64,000 bases of DNA from an uncultured Gemmatimonadales bacterium. GTDB taxonomy: Bacteria > Gemmatimonadota > Gemmatimonadetes > Gemmatimonadales > Gemmatimonadaceae. The stretch spans positions 128,001-192,000 of the forward strand of contig CAWBZV010000002.1 in the NCBI GenBank assembly GCA_963793305.1, read 5' to 3'. Under the pieces are notes generated by a model. That model saw nothing but the letters and a program-made list of their open reading frames with translations, searched no databases and was not told the origin of the DNA. Below are positions 29,932-40,853 of this stretch, in pieces. The translations under genes and the position numbers were made by a program. Position 1 is the stretch's first letter. Each line of letters opens with the position of its first letter.

Positions 29932-30900
29932 TACGAGAAAAGTAAGTCGAAGGCAGCCATGATCGCCTCGGCCGTGATCGTGCCGCTCACAATCCGCGAG
30001 GGCCCGCGACCCTGCGGCGCGAAGCGGGGGAGCTTGGACGTATTCGGGTATACGCCGATGGTCGGCACGCCGAGCGCCCCTGACAAATGCAGCGGACCGG
30101 AATCACAGCCGAGGTACACGTTGGCGCTCGCCAGAACCGCCGCCCCCTCGCGCAGGCTCCCATTCGAGAATTGATCGGAGCACCGCCAGGCAGGCTCGAA
30201 ATAGGAAACGTGCCGGCGGAAGCTCTCCAGCTGTGGAGCGGTCCCGTGCCAGACGACGACGTGATGTCGCTCGACGAGGCACCGCGCGGCCTCCAGCCAG
30301 ATCGACCAGTCGATTCCCACCGGCGGCAGCGTCACGAACGGATTGATAACCGCAACCGGCAATGACCCGAGGACCTTCCGGTACTGGCGTCTGAGCTCGC
30401 TCAGTGGCCCGGGGTCGAGATATGTGCAGAGCCCCGTGGGATCAATACCGAGCGGCACCAGCAGTGATCCCAGGTCCGCGACAACGGGCTTTCCCCGATC
30501 GGCGGGCGGCAAGAACGTCGGTCAGGAACCCACGATTGTAATTCCGCAGTTGCCCGATGCGCTTGGGGATTCCGGCCAGGGTGACGGAGGCGGCCACGCG
30601 CCACTGAGGCGATGCCACGAGCGCGACATCGAAGCGCTGCCGCCGGACGTCGCGGATCGAGGCGAGGAACGGGGCAATGCGCCCCTTGGGGCGCCCGGGC
30701 GCGTCGTCCCAGAATGGGTCGCCGGCGGCGGTCCAGCTCACATCGGGAAACAACGGGGCGATATCAGCCGTGTAGGCCTTGCACCAAAGGCCGATCGTCG
30801 CGTGCGGGTAATGGGCTTTGATCGCCGGCGGCAGAGCCGACGCGAATGCCAGGTCCCCGAGGTTATCGAGCGAGACAAGAAGTATTCTTTCCACCGTCAT
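29931..30900 (-). CDS. Glycosyltransferase family 9 (heptosyltransferase-like); apparent +1 frameshift near 30514
   Basis: N-part LDNLGD...AIKAHYPHATI and C-part YLGCDSGPLHLSGALGVPTIGVY join after one base is removed at GAACGTC 30513-30519. Confidence 0.85.
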
Positions 30901-30922
30901 GCACCGTCATTCTATCGATGGG

Positions 30923-32008
30923 TTGACGGTTGTGCACGTCGACACCGAACGCGGGTGGCGCGGCGGGCAACGCCAGGCCCTCTGGCTCGCCGGCGCGCTG
31001 GAGGATCTCGGCGTGCATTCTGTTCTTGCCGCCCGACCGGGCGAACCCCTCGCCTCGCGTGCTCAGGCGGCTGCTCTTGACGTATTCCCCCTACGTCCAT
31101 TCGCCGAGTTCGACCCGGTGGCGGTGGCCTCTTTACACCGATTGATCCGCCGCAGCGGAGCGCAGATCGTCCACGCGCATAGTGGTCATGCGGTTGGCTT
31201 GGGCGCATTGGCCACCCTCGGCACGCGCGCCCACCTCGTCGTGACCCGCCGCGTCGATTTTCTGCTGCGACGAAACCCGGGTACCCGCTGGAAGTACTCG
31301 CGCGCGAAGGCGATCATCGCCATTTCATCCGCGGTCGCCGCCGCGCTTCGATCGAGCGGCATCTCGCCCGAGCGGATAACCATCATCCCGAGCGGGATCG
31401 ATCTCGATCGCCGCGTGACGCCCGCGTCCCAAACAGTACTTTCGACGCTGGGCGTGCCGCCCGGCTCGCCCCTGGTCGTACAGGTGGCGCAGCTCGTGGA
31501 TCACAAGGACCCGTTGACGTTCGTCAGAGCGGTGAAAGCCGCGCGCAAAGAAGTCCCGGCCCTTCGCGCGCTCCTGGTAGGCAACGGATATCTGTCGGCC
31601 GAGGTGATTGCCGCCGTGCGCGCGGCGGGATTGCGCAACGTCCTCCAGGTGCTCGGCTATCGCCAAGACGCCGACGCGCTGATCTCGGCGGCGGATGTCG
31701 TCACCTTGAGCTCGCGCGAAGAAGGCCTCGGCACGGTCCTCCTGGACGCGATGGCCTTCGGCGGCGCCGTCGCCGCGACACGTGCCGGCGGGATCCCGGA
31801 GATCATCGAGGACGGCGTCAGTGGGCTGCTCGCGCCGGTCGGCGACGGACCGGCCCTCGGCGCGGCCATCGCCCGTTTGCTCTCCGACGCCAGCCTGGCG
31901 GAAAGAATCAAACAGGCAGCGCGTCAAAAAGTCCGCGAATTCTCCGTCCAGCGAACCGCTGAGCGCTCGTTGGCCGTTTACAAGGAGGCGTGCCAACAGT
32001 CAGAGTAG
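30923..32008 (+). CDS. Glycosyltransferase family 4
   Basis: HVDTERGWRGGQRQ, SREEGLGTVLLDAMA and GGIPEII; the TTG start at 30923 is an estimate. Confidence 0.9.
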   Translation: MTVVHVDTERGWRGGQRQALWLAGALEDLGVHSVLAARPGEPLASRAQAAALDVFPLRPFAEFDPVAVASLHRLIRRSGAQIVHAHSGHAVGLGALATLGTRAHLVVTRRVDFLLRRNPGTRWKYSRAKAIIAISSAVAAALRSSGISPERITIIPSGIDLDRRVTPASQTVLSTLGVPPGSPLVVQVAQLVDHKDPLTFVRAVKAARKEVPALRALLVGNGYLSAEVIAAVRAAGLRNVLQVLGYRQDADALISAADVVTLSSREEGLGTVLLDAMAFGGAVAATRAGGIPEIIEDGVSGLLAPVGDGPALGAAIARLLSDASLAERIKQAARQKVREFSVQRTAERSLAVYKEACQQSE

Positions 32009-32009
32009 T

Positions 32010-33599
32010 ATGGGAAAGCCATATCTCGGACTGGCGGTCCTGCTGGTGGGCTGCGGTACGGTGCCCCCCACGCCGAACCCAAGCCCGTTCGAGCCGGCCA
32101 CGGCTATGTCATCCGTGCCGACGGCCGACGAGCTCAGACGCGATCTCATGGTGTTTGCGTCGGACTCGTTTCGCGGTCGCGAGACCGGCACGAACGATGA
32201 GCGGCGCGCCGCGGCGTTTCTCGTCTCGCGGTTGACCGCGCTCGGGCTCACCGGCGCCGGCGACAGCGGATTCTATCAACGCGTGCCGCTCGTACACCCG
32301 GCGCTGGGAAGCGAGACCCGTTTCACGGTGTCGACCCCCGCGCGGACGATGACGCTGCTGCCGATGATCGATGTCGTGCCGATCCTCGACATCGGCGGTG
32401 ACGAGCCACCACCGAAAGCCAACGCCGAAGGGGCGCTGGTGTTCGCCGGCTATGGCGTCGGCGACGATTTCATGAAAGTGCCCATCAAAGGGCACGTGGT
32501 CGTCGTGGTGAACGGCGCACCGGCGCGCACCCCGCCCAACGAACGCGCGGCGCTCGAGTCCGAATCAGCGATTACCGCGCGACTGGAGCGACTGATTCCG
32601 CTGCATCCGGCGGGCATCATCATCTTGCTCTCGGGCGCTTCGAGCAATGTCGGAGATCGCATCTCCAAAGAGCTGAGCCGCTCGTTGGAGCTGGCGGGCC
32701 CCTCACCGGCTGTGCTGCCCGACGGAGAGCGACCCGTGCCGATGATCTTGATCGGCCGCCCCTCAGCGGGCTCTCCGCTTCTTCCGCCCGGCTGGACTGG
32801 TGCTGGCACGCCACGGGTGCTCCGCGGCCGACGATTTACTGGACACGTCGAGTTGCGTCGCGCGCCCGTGTCGTCGTACAACGTCGTCGCCATCGTGCCC
32901 GGCTCGGATCCCGCCTTGCGCCGCACATACGTTGCGTTCGGCGCCCACTACGATCACCTCGGCGTGGTGGCACCAGAGCACGGCGACTCCATTGCGAATG
33001 GCGCCGACGACGATGGCTCCGGATCGGTGGCCTTATTGGCGCTGGCGCGGACATTCGTCTCGGCCAGAAACCCGCCGCGCCGATCCATTCTGTTCGTCTG
33101 GCACGTGGGCGAGGAGAAGGGGCTCCTCGGCTCGGCGTATTTCACCGAGCATCCCACCGTGCCGATCGATTCGATCGTGGCGCAGGTCAACGCGGACATG
33201 ATCGGCAGGAATAACCCGGACTCGTTGTACATAGTCGGGCCGTCGGCGGCACCGCATGGACAGAGTCGCATCCTCGGCCAGATCGTGGATTCCGTGGATC
33301 GCGCGCTCGCGCACCCGTTCGCGTTCAACCGCGAGTGGGACTCGCCAACCCATCCCGAACAGATCTATTACCGGTCGGACCACTACAACTATGCCCGAAA
33401 GGGGGTGCCGATCGTCTTCTTTACGAGCGGCTTGCACGCCGATTATCACCGGGTGACCGACAAACCGGGGAAAATCGACTACGACAAGCTCGCCCATGTC
33501 GATCTCCTGATGTTCAACCTCGGGACAGCGCTCGCGAACCGGGACACCCGGCCCGTTGAGCAGCCGTCCATGGTGAGTGCTAAGAGACAAGTTAGGTGA
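32010..33599 (+). CDS. M28-family peptidase lipoprotein with PA-domain insert
   Basis: Lipobox LVGC; GAHYDHLG, NGADDDGSG, GEEKGLLGS, NADMIG, RSDHY and DYH. Confidence 0.92.
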   Translation: MGKPYLGLAVLLVGCGTVPPTPNPSPFEPATAMSSVPTADELRRDLMVFASDSFRGRETGTNDERRAAAFLVSRLTALGLTGAGDSGFYQRVPLVHPALGSETRFTVSTPARTMTLLPMIDVVPILDIGGDEPPPKANAEGALVFAGYGVGDDFMKVPIKGHVVVVVNGAPARTPPNERAALESESAITARLERLIPLHPAGIIILLSGASSNVGDRISKELSRSLELAGPSPAVLPDGERPVPMILIGRPSAGSPLLPPGWTGAGTPRVLRGRRFTGHVELRRAPVSSYNVVAIVPGSDPALRRTYVAFGAHYDHLGVVAPEHGDSIANGADDDGSGSVALLALARTFVSARNPPRRSILFVWHVGEEKGLLGSAYFTEHPTVPIDSIVAQVNADMIGRNNPDSLYIVGPSAAPHGQSRILGQIVDSVDRALAHPFAFNREWDSPTHPEQIYYRSDHYNYARKGVPIVFFTSGLHADYHRVTDKPGKIDYDKLAHVDLLMFNLGTALANRDTRPVEQPSMVSAKRQVR

Positions 33600-33636
33600 T
33601 GGTCTTTTGGTACGTTTTGTGTTATAGGAGAGAGAT

Positions 33637-34368
33637 ATGATCGTGGCCGATGTGAGGCGGGCATTGCGGCGGGACGACGCGCAGTTGGTAATGCGACTGA
33701 TCGCGCGTGGGAATGCGATCGAGTATGAGCGCGCCGAAGGTCTGTTGCGCGACGAAGGACTCGATGCGCTCCTCGATGATCCGCGGTTGCTGACCGGGCT
33801 CCTCGAGTCACGCCAGGGGGCGTGCGCCTCGTATCCGTTGTTTGCCTACGTCCTCGTGCGGCACGCCATGCAGTCCGTCGGCGAGTCCGACCGCGTGCTC
33901 GCCGATTACGTCGCCTCGATTCTCATGCACTTCGGCTTGCAGCAGCGGGCCAATCGGGTGGCCGAGTCGGACGACGAGTACTACGATACAGTCGCCGGGT
34001 TGCTGGGCGCGGTCGACGGGCCGGATGCGCAGCGCGCCTTCTTGGTGCGCGCTCACCTCGGCAACTATGCGTTGTGGCTCTCGGGCATGTTCCCCGAGTT
34101 TATCGCCGGTCGCCACCATCGCCGGGGGGCGCCGGATCTCGACTATTTCGAGGAAGTCGGCCGCCGCGGCTATCAACTCGCCGCCGACCACCGGCTCGCC
34201 ACCGAGCATGGCCTCGCCACGCTCTACTCGGCAGCGGCCGAGCGCTTCCCGCTCCTGCGGGTCGCGCTCAACCGCGTCAGTGACCGGACGCTCTTCGCGA
34301 ACCGGTACTCGCCCGAGCGCCTCATGCGCCAAGTCCGCGATGAGGCGCGCTGGAAACTCCTGAGCTAG
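33637..34368 (+). CDS. Conserved hypothetical all-helical protein
   Basis: GGAG RBS; protein-like composition; HLGNYALWLSGMFP motif. Confidence 0.75.
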   Translation: MIVADVRRALRRDDAQLVMRLIARGNAIEYERAEGLLRDEGLDALLDDPRLLTGLLESRQGACASYPLFAYVLVRHAMQSVGESDRVLADYVASILMHFGLQQRANRVAESDDEYYDTVAGLLGAVDGPDAQRAFLVRAHLGNYALWLSGMFPEFIAGRHHRRGAPDLDYFEEVGRRGYQLAADHRLATEHGLATLYSAAAERFPLLRVALNRVSDRTLFANRYSPERLMRQVRDEARWKLLS

Positions 34369-34370
34369 CC

Positions 34371-35291
34371 CTACTGCTTGGGCAGTTGAATCATCGGCAT
34401 CGCGTTGCCGCTCACCTGCGGCATCTGTCCATTCCACCGTTTCGCCATCTCGTACTGCACCAGTACCGGCGTGATGCTCTTCGCGAGCAACTCGTTGGCT
34501 TTCGCCTGCGCTTCCGCCTCGGCCAGGATGGCCTTGGCGTGTCCGATGGCCTTGATCGAGTCGCCGCTCGCCTGAAACGTGTTCTTTTGCAGCTCATTCT
34601 GTGCGGTGAACGCTTGCTGCTGCATCACGTTCTTCTGATTGATGGCCTCGACGACCGACGGTGGCGCCCTCAGCTCGTTGATCGTGAACTGCTTGACGTC
34701 GACGCCATAAACGGATAGGCGCTGCTCCAGCAACTGTTGGGTTCTCGCTGTCGCTTCCGATTTTTTCGGCCCGATAATATCGGCGATCTTCTCCTGGCCG
34801 ACGACCTCCTGGAGCGCCTGTCGGATCGCCTGACGGATGTAGCCATGCTGAATCGTCTCGATGTCGGTCCGGAACGTCGTGTAGAGCTGCGGCACGTGCG
34901 CCGGGTCGAGCTGGAACGACATGGAGACATCGAGCGACAACGGCTGCCCTTCGACGCTGTTCACGTTGATCTCATCGTTGTTCATCGAGCCTTCGTTCGC
35001 CGATTTCGTGAGCACGAGGGTCTGCATATACGTCGGGTACTCGACGATCTCGGTCGTCAACGGATTCCTCAGGTGCAACCCGGCGCCCAGCGCAATCGGG
35101 TCGACGCCGCCGCCGCTCAGGCGGTGGATGACGATCCCCACGTGCCCGGGGCTGATGTACTTCGCGGTCGTGGTCATCAGCGGGATGAGGATCAAGACCC
35201 CAACGACGAGCGCGATCCATCGCCCGATGCGCCCCACGGCGCTTGGGTCGATCCCAACGGAATGCATGCGTCCCGCCATCGAGCTAGTCAT
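34371..35291 (-). CDS. SPFH/prohibitin (band 7) family membrane protein
   Basis: TM then ISPGHVGIV, band-7 core, AEAEAQAKANELL coiled coil and KRWNGQMPQV; ATG at 35291. Confidence 0.9.
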   Translation of the reverse strand: MTSSMAGRMHSVGIDPSAVGRIGRWIALVVGVLILIPLMTTTAKYISPGHVGIVIHRLSGGGVDPIALGAGLHLRNPLTTEIVEYPTYMQTLVLTKSANEGSMNNDEINVNSVEGQPLSLDVSMSFQLDPAHVPQLYTTFRTDIETIQHGYIRQAIRQALQEVVGQEKIADIIGPKKSEATARTQQLLEQRLSVYGVDVKQFTINELRAPPSVVEAINQKNVMQQQAFTAQNELQKNTFQASGDSIKAIGHAKAILAEAEAQAKANELLAKSITPVLVQYEMAKRWNGQMPQVSGNAMPMIQLPKQ

Positions 35292-35538
35292 GGACGATCT
35301 CCGAGTAGCACTCGGGGCATATACGTTCACCGCTGGGCAACCGGACCATGTCCGTTTCCGCGTGCGGCCCATGAATCGAGCACACGCGTGCCGCCGCAGC
35401 TTCGATGAGCCGGCGGTTCCGGCCCTGTCGAACGCGAACCCCGAGTGGGGTAAACTGCATGAGTACGAAATAGAGAAGGGCGCCGGTCGTCACAAGCAGC
35501 GCGACGAACAAGACGCCCTCCAGTACGATTGTCACCAT
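35284..35538 (-). CDS. Small membrane-anchored zinc-finger protein
   Basis: N-terminal TM followed by CSIHG...CPECY; overlaps the SPFH start. Confidence 0.75.
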   Translation of the reverse strand: MVTIVLEGVLFVALLVTTGALLYFVLMQFTPLGVRVRQGRNRRLIEAAAARVCSIHGPHAETDMVRLPSGERICPECYSEIVHD

Positions 35539-35550
35539 AGTATATGAATA

Positions 35551-36306
35551 TTACGACCTGCCGCCCGCGGGAGTTTCGCGTACTTGGACGGCAAACGCCT
35601 CGAACAACTTCCGATCCCATGGCTCCGGCCCGCCAGTCAGGTTCTCGGGGTGCCATTGTATCCCTAGCGCCCACCACGGGTTAGCCAAGGGCGTCTCGAT
35701 GGCCTCTATGACGCCATCGCTCGCCGTGGCCGTCACCAGCACCTGTGCCGCCGGCACATCGACGGCCTGGTGATGAAAAGAGTTCACGGTGATCTCGTCA
35801 CGTCCCACCGCCTGCGCGAGACGCGAGTCGCGCGTCAGCGTGACCGTGTGTGTCCGCTCGGCCCGTGGCCCGTCGCCATCGTGCGCGATGGCGCTCGGAT
35901 GCTGGCTCGGGAGGTCCTGAATCAGCGTCCCTCCCAGGCCGACGTTCATGACCTGAATCCCACGGCAGATGGCGAGCGTGGGCATCCGCCGCTCGCGCGC
36001 GCCCTCGAAGAACGCCAGCTCGGTCGCATCGCGCTCGGCATGAACAGTGCCTAGTCGCGGATGGGGCTCGGCGCCGTAGCGCGCGGGATCGACATCCTCG
36101 CCGCCGGTGAGCACGAGGCCCGACACGACATCGAGGATCGCGTCGCGGTCGGCGCAGCGATCGCCGCCGGCGAACGGTGGGACCACGATCGGGGTAAGAC
36201 CTGTGCCGTCGAGCGACGTGAGATACGCGACGCTGAGCCGCACGCGGACCATCCCGTTGTCCATTCGGGTCGTGGCCGTGACTGCAACGAGGGGGTGGCG
36301 GGGCAT
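35551..36306 (-). CDS. Peptidase C26 / gamma-glutamyl-gamma-aminobutyrate hydrolase family
   Basis: LTGGEDVDPARYG, AICRGIQ, VNSFHHQAV and IQWHPE; ATG at 36306. Confidence 0.92.
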   Translation of the reverse strand: MPRHPLVAVTATTRMDNGMVRVRLSVAYLTSLDGTGLTPIVVPPFAGGDRCADRDAILDVVSGLVLTGGEDVDPARYGAEPHPRLGTVHAERDATELAFFEGARERRMPTLAICRGIQVMNVGLGGTLIQDLPSQHPSAIAHDGDGPRAERTHTVTLTRDSRLAQAVGRDEITVNSFHHQAVDVPAAQVLVTATASDGVIEAIETPLANPWWALGIQWHPENLTGGPEPWDRKLFEAFAVQVRETPAGGRS

Positions 36307-36333
36307 GACGTCTGGAATATATCGTATGGCCCG

Positions 36334-36825
36334 ATGTTCGAGCACTTGCGGCGGTCGTGGCAGAGTCTCCTCGATGGATCGCTCCCGGCAGACGAGCGAC
36401 GCGAGGTCGTCGCGGCTATGAAGGACACGCTCGTCCATGCGCGCGTCGGCGTCAGCGCCATGCGGGATGGACTCGTCGAGGTACGGGCGCGGCTCGACAA
36501 GGAGCGCACCGAGCTCGCCACGTGTACGCGGCGGAAGCAGCTTGCGCAGCAAATTGGCGACGCCGAGACCGTGACGGTCGCGGCGAAGTTCGAGCTCTTT
36601 CACCAGGAGCGATGCTCGGTGCTCGAGCGCAAGTGCAGCGCCCAGGAGGCGGAGCTCGCACTCGCCGAGCGCGAGATCGCCGAAATGACGCTCGAGTTCA
36701 AGCACGCTGCCTCCGGCGCTCCGTTACCTGACGCCCCGAAGGCGCCCAGCGGTGACCGCCGTTCCGCGGCCGAGCTGGATGCCGAACTGCGCTTGGCGGA
36801 GCTCAAGCGTCGCATGGGGAAGTAG
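36334..36825 (+). CDS. Short PspA/IM30-like coiled-coil protein
   Basis: Amphipathic MFEHLRRSWQSLL start, heptad coiled coil and terminal LAELKRRMGK. Confidence 0.65.
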   Translation: MFEHLRRSWQSLLDGSLPADERREVVAAMKDTLVHARVGVSAMRDGLVEVRARLDKERTELATCTRRKQLAQQIGDAETVTVAAKFELFHQERCSVLERKCSAQEAELALAEREIAEMTLEFKHAASGAPLPDAPKAPSGDRRSAAELDAELRLAELKRRMGK

Positions 36826-36835
36826 TCGCATTCGA

Positions 36836-38618
36836 ATGCATCGTGTCGTTGCGGTCGCCCTGGTGGCCGCCGCTGTCCAGGCGACCGCGCAGGACTCGAC
36901 GCGCACCGTGACGCGCATCGCGGCGCAGGATGCGGCCCGGGCGGTGGCGTGCGAAGGCCACGTGATCTCGGCGATCGACATCCGCCCCCAGTCCCCGTAC
37001 TTCGCCGGCATCACGGGTCAGTGGCGGTGGATCGCCCGCCGCGCGACGAGCCTGCACGCGACCACCCGCGCGAAAGTGATCCGACGCTTCCTGCTCGTCC
37101 GCGTCGGCGAGCCGTGCACTGGCATTGCCCTCGAGGAATCCGAGCGCGTGCTCCGCGCCCAGCCGTTCCTGGCCGAGGCCCGCGTGAGCGCGTACGACGA
37201 CGGCAACGGCGGCGTGCGGGTCGATGTCTTCACCGTCGACGAAATCGGACTCCTCGCGGGCCTCAACGCGCAGAGCGGCACCCCGTACGTGACGCGCTTC
37301 CTCATCGGCGAAGGCAACCTGGCAGGCCAGGGAATCCAAGCCAGCGCCGACTGGCACTACTATCAGTTCTACCGCGACCGTTACGCGGCGAGCCTCATCG
37401 ACTACGATTTCCTCGCGAAACCCTATCGCCTACAGGTCGACGCGATTCGTCAACCCGAGGGCGGCCTGTGGGATGCCGGCCTCACGCACCCGTTCCTGTC
37501 CGAGCTCCAGCGCGCCGCCTGGGTGGTCTCCGGTGGCTCGCAACGCGTGTTCTACGGATTTCAGAGCCCGACGTTCCCGAACAACTTCGATATACCGGCG
37601 ATCGATTACACGCGCAGCTACTGGCAGGTCGGCGGGATCGTCCGCGTCGGCGCGCCGGGCAAGTTCAGCTTGTTCGGCCTGTCGCTGTCCCAGGAGCGCG
37701 AAGTCGTGGCCCGCACGCCCGTCACGCTCGCCGATTCCGGTCTGATCAAGGACACGGTCTCGGCCACGGCGCCCGAGCTCACCAATCGATTCGCGCACGT
37801 CACGCAGAGCGGTCGCGTCAACATTCTCTGGGGGTTCCGCGACGTTCGACTTCCTGCGCGTCTCGGGCTTCGACGTCCTGAGCGGCGACGAAGACCTCCG
37901 GCGTGGCTTTCAGTTCGGCACCTTCTTCGGCCACGGCATGTCCGCGCTCGGTACGCGCGGCGAGGACACGTTCGTCAGCTCGGCGGTCTATTTCGGCGCC
38001 GGCACCACCCAATGGTTCACCGGGCTGCAAGCGCAGGGCGAGGGTCGCGAGAACGACATCACGCACGGGTGGGACGGCATTCTCGTCAGCGGTCGTTGGG
38101 CCGCGTACTACAAGCCCGCCGGCAACCAGGTCTTCATCCTCGATGAGGAGTACGGCCTCGGCATCCGGCAGCGCATCCCATTTCAGCTCGGCTTCGCCGA
38201 TTTCCGCGGTGGCATCCGCGGCTATCGCCTCTCACAGGACGCCGGCGGCGAGCGCAGCGTGTCGCGGTTCGAGTATCACTTCGCGCTGCCGCCGATCCGC
38301 CAACTGGCGCAGATCGGCGTCGGGCCGTTCGTCGATGCCGGCAAGTTGTGGGCGCAAGACACGCCGTTTGGCGTCTCGACGCCGTTCACGTTCTCGACCG
38401 GCTTGAGCCTCTTCGTCGCCATTCCCCCACGGTCGCGCCGCATGTGGCGTTTCGACGTCGCGTTCCCGGTGACGAACGAGCCGCACGTCCACGGCGTCGA
38501 GTTCCGGTTCACGACGCAGACGTTCTCGTACACCTCGTACACATTCTACCAAGAGCCCCAGGACCTGGCGCGCGCCCGGGAGCCGGTCGTGCCCGGCTCG
38601 ATCTTCAACTATCCTTGA
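36836..38618 (+). CDS. Omp85 (BamA/TamA)-like outer-membrane protein with one POTRA domain; apparent +1 frameshift near 37846
   Basis: Signal peptide; POTRA (TRAKVIRRFLL, ESERVLR); EGNLAGQG; IRGY and PFVDAGKLW barrel motifs. Frames join at GACGTTC 37841-37847. Confidence 0.75.
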
Positions 38619-39918
38619 CCGACGCCGTCAGTCGCTTGAGTACGGGCACGCAGAACAGCATCAGGACACCCGCGCTGACCGACACCACGAAGAAAATGGT
38701 GAAGAACGTGCCGTGCGACATGCCCTGTTCGAGCCCGGCGAGCCACCCGCCCGCATAGCTGCCGACGGCGATCGGCAGGAAGCTGACGCCCATGAAGAAC
38801 GCAACGAATCGAGTCGGCGCCACCTTCGAGACATACGACAATCCGACTGGCGAGAGGCACAACTCGCCGAGCTCTCCGACGCCGTACGTCGCCAAGAGCA
38901 AGAACGGCGATACGGTCGCGCAGTTCGCCGCGTGCGACGCGAGGCACGCGTCGGTCTGATGGCCGGCAGTGATCATAAACGCAAAACTCACCCCGACAAA
39001 CAGGAGGCCGAGCGCCATCTTGAGCGGGGTCGATGGCTCGAGGTTTCGTTTGCCGAGCCACTGCCAGAGTATGGCGAACAGCGGGGCGAGCATGATCACG
39101 TAGAGCGGCTGCGCGGTTTGGAACCACGACGAGGGAATCGAGAAACTGCCGACTTGGAGATTGATGTACCGATCGGCGAACAGGTTCAACGAACTCCCCG
39201 CCTGCTCATAGCTGACCCAGAACGCGGCGGCGAACAGGAACACGATCCAGATCGCGGTAATGCGCTTGCGCTCATCGGAGGTGAGCGGAGTGCGCTCGCG
39301 GACAGTAGCCTCCGGCCGCTTCGCGGGCACCATGCCGATACCGGGGAGATACCGGTCTCGCAGCGCGACGTACGTGATGAGGCCGAGGACCATCCCGACG
39401 CCGGCCGCGGCGAAGCCATAGTGCCAGTTGACCTTCTGCCCCAAATAGCCGCATACGATCGGCGCGAAGAGGCTGCCGATGTTGATGCCCATGTAGAAGA
39501 TCGTGTACCCGGCATCGCGTCGCCGGTCGCCGGGTTCGTACAACTGCCCGACCATGGTAGACGCGTTCGGCTTGAACAAGCCAGTGCCGATGACGACGAG
39601 CGCGAGGCCGGGATAGAACGACCAGGTCGCCGGGATGGCGAGCACAAAATGCCCGGCCGCGATGATCGAGCCACCGATGACGAGTGCGCGCCGTGTGCCG
39701 AAGACCCGGTCGGCGAGCCAACCGCCAAGCAATGGCGTGAACCACACGAGTCCCGTGTACAGCCCGTACACGTGCGTCGCCTGCACGTCCTGATACTTGA
39801 GCACGTGCACCATGTACAGCACGAGCAGCGCGCGCATGCCATAGTACGAGAATCGCTCCCACATCTCGGCGGCGAAGAGTACGCCGAGGCCGCGGGGGTG
39901 CCCGAAGAAAGTCTTCAT
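38605..39918 (-). CDS. POT/PTR-family proton-dependent oligopeptide transporter
   Basis: [28 protein letters not shown] and [13 protein letters not shown] at 39918. Confidence 0.95.
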   Translation of the reverse strand: MKTFFGHPRGLGVLFAAEMWERFSYYGMRALLVLYMVHVLKYQDVQATHVYGLYTGLVWFTPLLGGWLADRVFGTRRALVIGGSIIAAGHFVLAIPATWSFYPGLALVVIGTGLFKPNASTMVGQLYEPGDRRRDAGYTIFYMGINIGSLFAPIVCGYLGQKVNWHYGFAAAGVGMVLGLITYVALRDRYLPGIGMVPAKRPEATVRERTPLTSDERKRITAIWIVFLFAAAFWVSYEQAGSSLNLFADRYINLQVGSFSIPSSWFQTAQPLYVIMLAPLFAILWQWLGKRNLEPSTPLKMALGLLFVGVSFAFMITAGHQTDACLASHAANCATVSPFLLLATYGVGELGELCLSPVGLSYVSKVAPTRFVAFFMGVSFLPIAVGSYAGGWLAGLEQGMSHGTFFTIFFVVSVSAGVLMLFCVPVLKRLTASVKDS

Positions 39919-40853
39919 GACCGTTTGGGTTCCTTGATGCACGCCGCCCAGTGCCCCGGCGCCTTTTCCTCGAGCGGCGGGATGCCGCGAGCGCACTCGG
40001 CGTCCTTGAGTGGGTGCAAGCAGCGGGGATGAAATGCGCAACCGGGCGGTGGGGCCGCGGCTGATGGCGGCTCGCCGGGCAGCACGACGCGTTGGCGAGC
40101 TCTCGACGGCTCCGGCACGGGCACTGCCGACAGCAGCGCCCGCGTATACGGCATGATCGGGTCGCCATAGAGCGCCGCAGCCGGCGCCTCTTCGACGATC
40201 CGGCCGAGGTACATGACCGCGACGCGCGTCGCGACGTGCGCGACGACGGACAGGTCGTGCGCGATGAACAAGTACGTGAGCCCCCGGTGCTGCTGCAGGT
40301 CCATGAGCAGGTTGATCACCTGCGCCTGGACCGACACATTGAGCATGGCGACCGGTTCGTCGCAGACGATGAAATCGGGGTTGACCGCGAGCGCTCGGGC
40401 GATCCCGATGCGCTGGCGCTGTCCGCCAGAGAACTCATGCGGATACCGATTCGCGACATCCGGTCGCAAGCCCACCTCGGCCAGCAACTCTCCCACGCGC
40501 TCGTCCCCGCCGGGCAGGCCATGTATCGTGAGCCCTTCCCGGACGATGGCCCCAACGGTCATCCGGGGATTCAGCGACGCATAGGGATCTTGGAAGATGA
40601 TCTGCGCGCGCCGTCGCATCCGACGCAGATCCGCACGCCGCAGTCCCAACACGTCGGTTCCATCGAACGAGATGTTGCCCGATGTCGGTTCGATGAGCCG
40701 CAACGTGGCTCGTCCGGTCGTCGTTTTCCCACAGCCGGATTCCCCAACCAAGCCCAGTGTTTCCCCGCGCTCGATATCGAACGACACGCCTTCGACAGCG
40801 CGTACCGCGCCATAGCGCTTCACGAGATCGCGAACGGCTACGAGCGGCGCCAC
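39915..40853 (-). CDS. oppF: Oligopeptide ABC transporter ATPase (OppF/DppF)
   Basis: [22 protein letters not shown] and C-terminal GCAFHPRC; D-loop reads LN instead of LD. Confidence 0.9.
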   Translation of the reverse strand: MAPLVAVRDLVKRYGAVRAVEGVSFDIERGETLGLVGESGCGKTTTGRATLRLIEPTSGNISFDGTDVLGLRRADLRRMRRRAQIIFQDPYASLNPRMTVGAIVREGLTIHGLPGGDERVGELLAEVGLRPDVANRYPHEFSGGQRQRIGIARALAVNPDFIVCDEPVAMLNVSVQAQVINLLMDLQQHRGLTYLFIAHDLSVVAHVATRVAVMYLGRIVEEAPAAALYGDPIMPYTRALLSAVPVPEPSRARQRVVLPGEPPSAAAPPPGCAFHPRCLHPLKDAECARGIPPLEEKAPGHWAACIKEPKRS

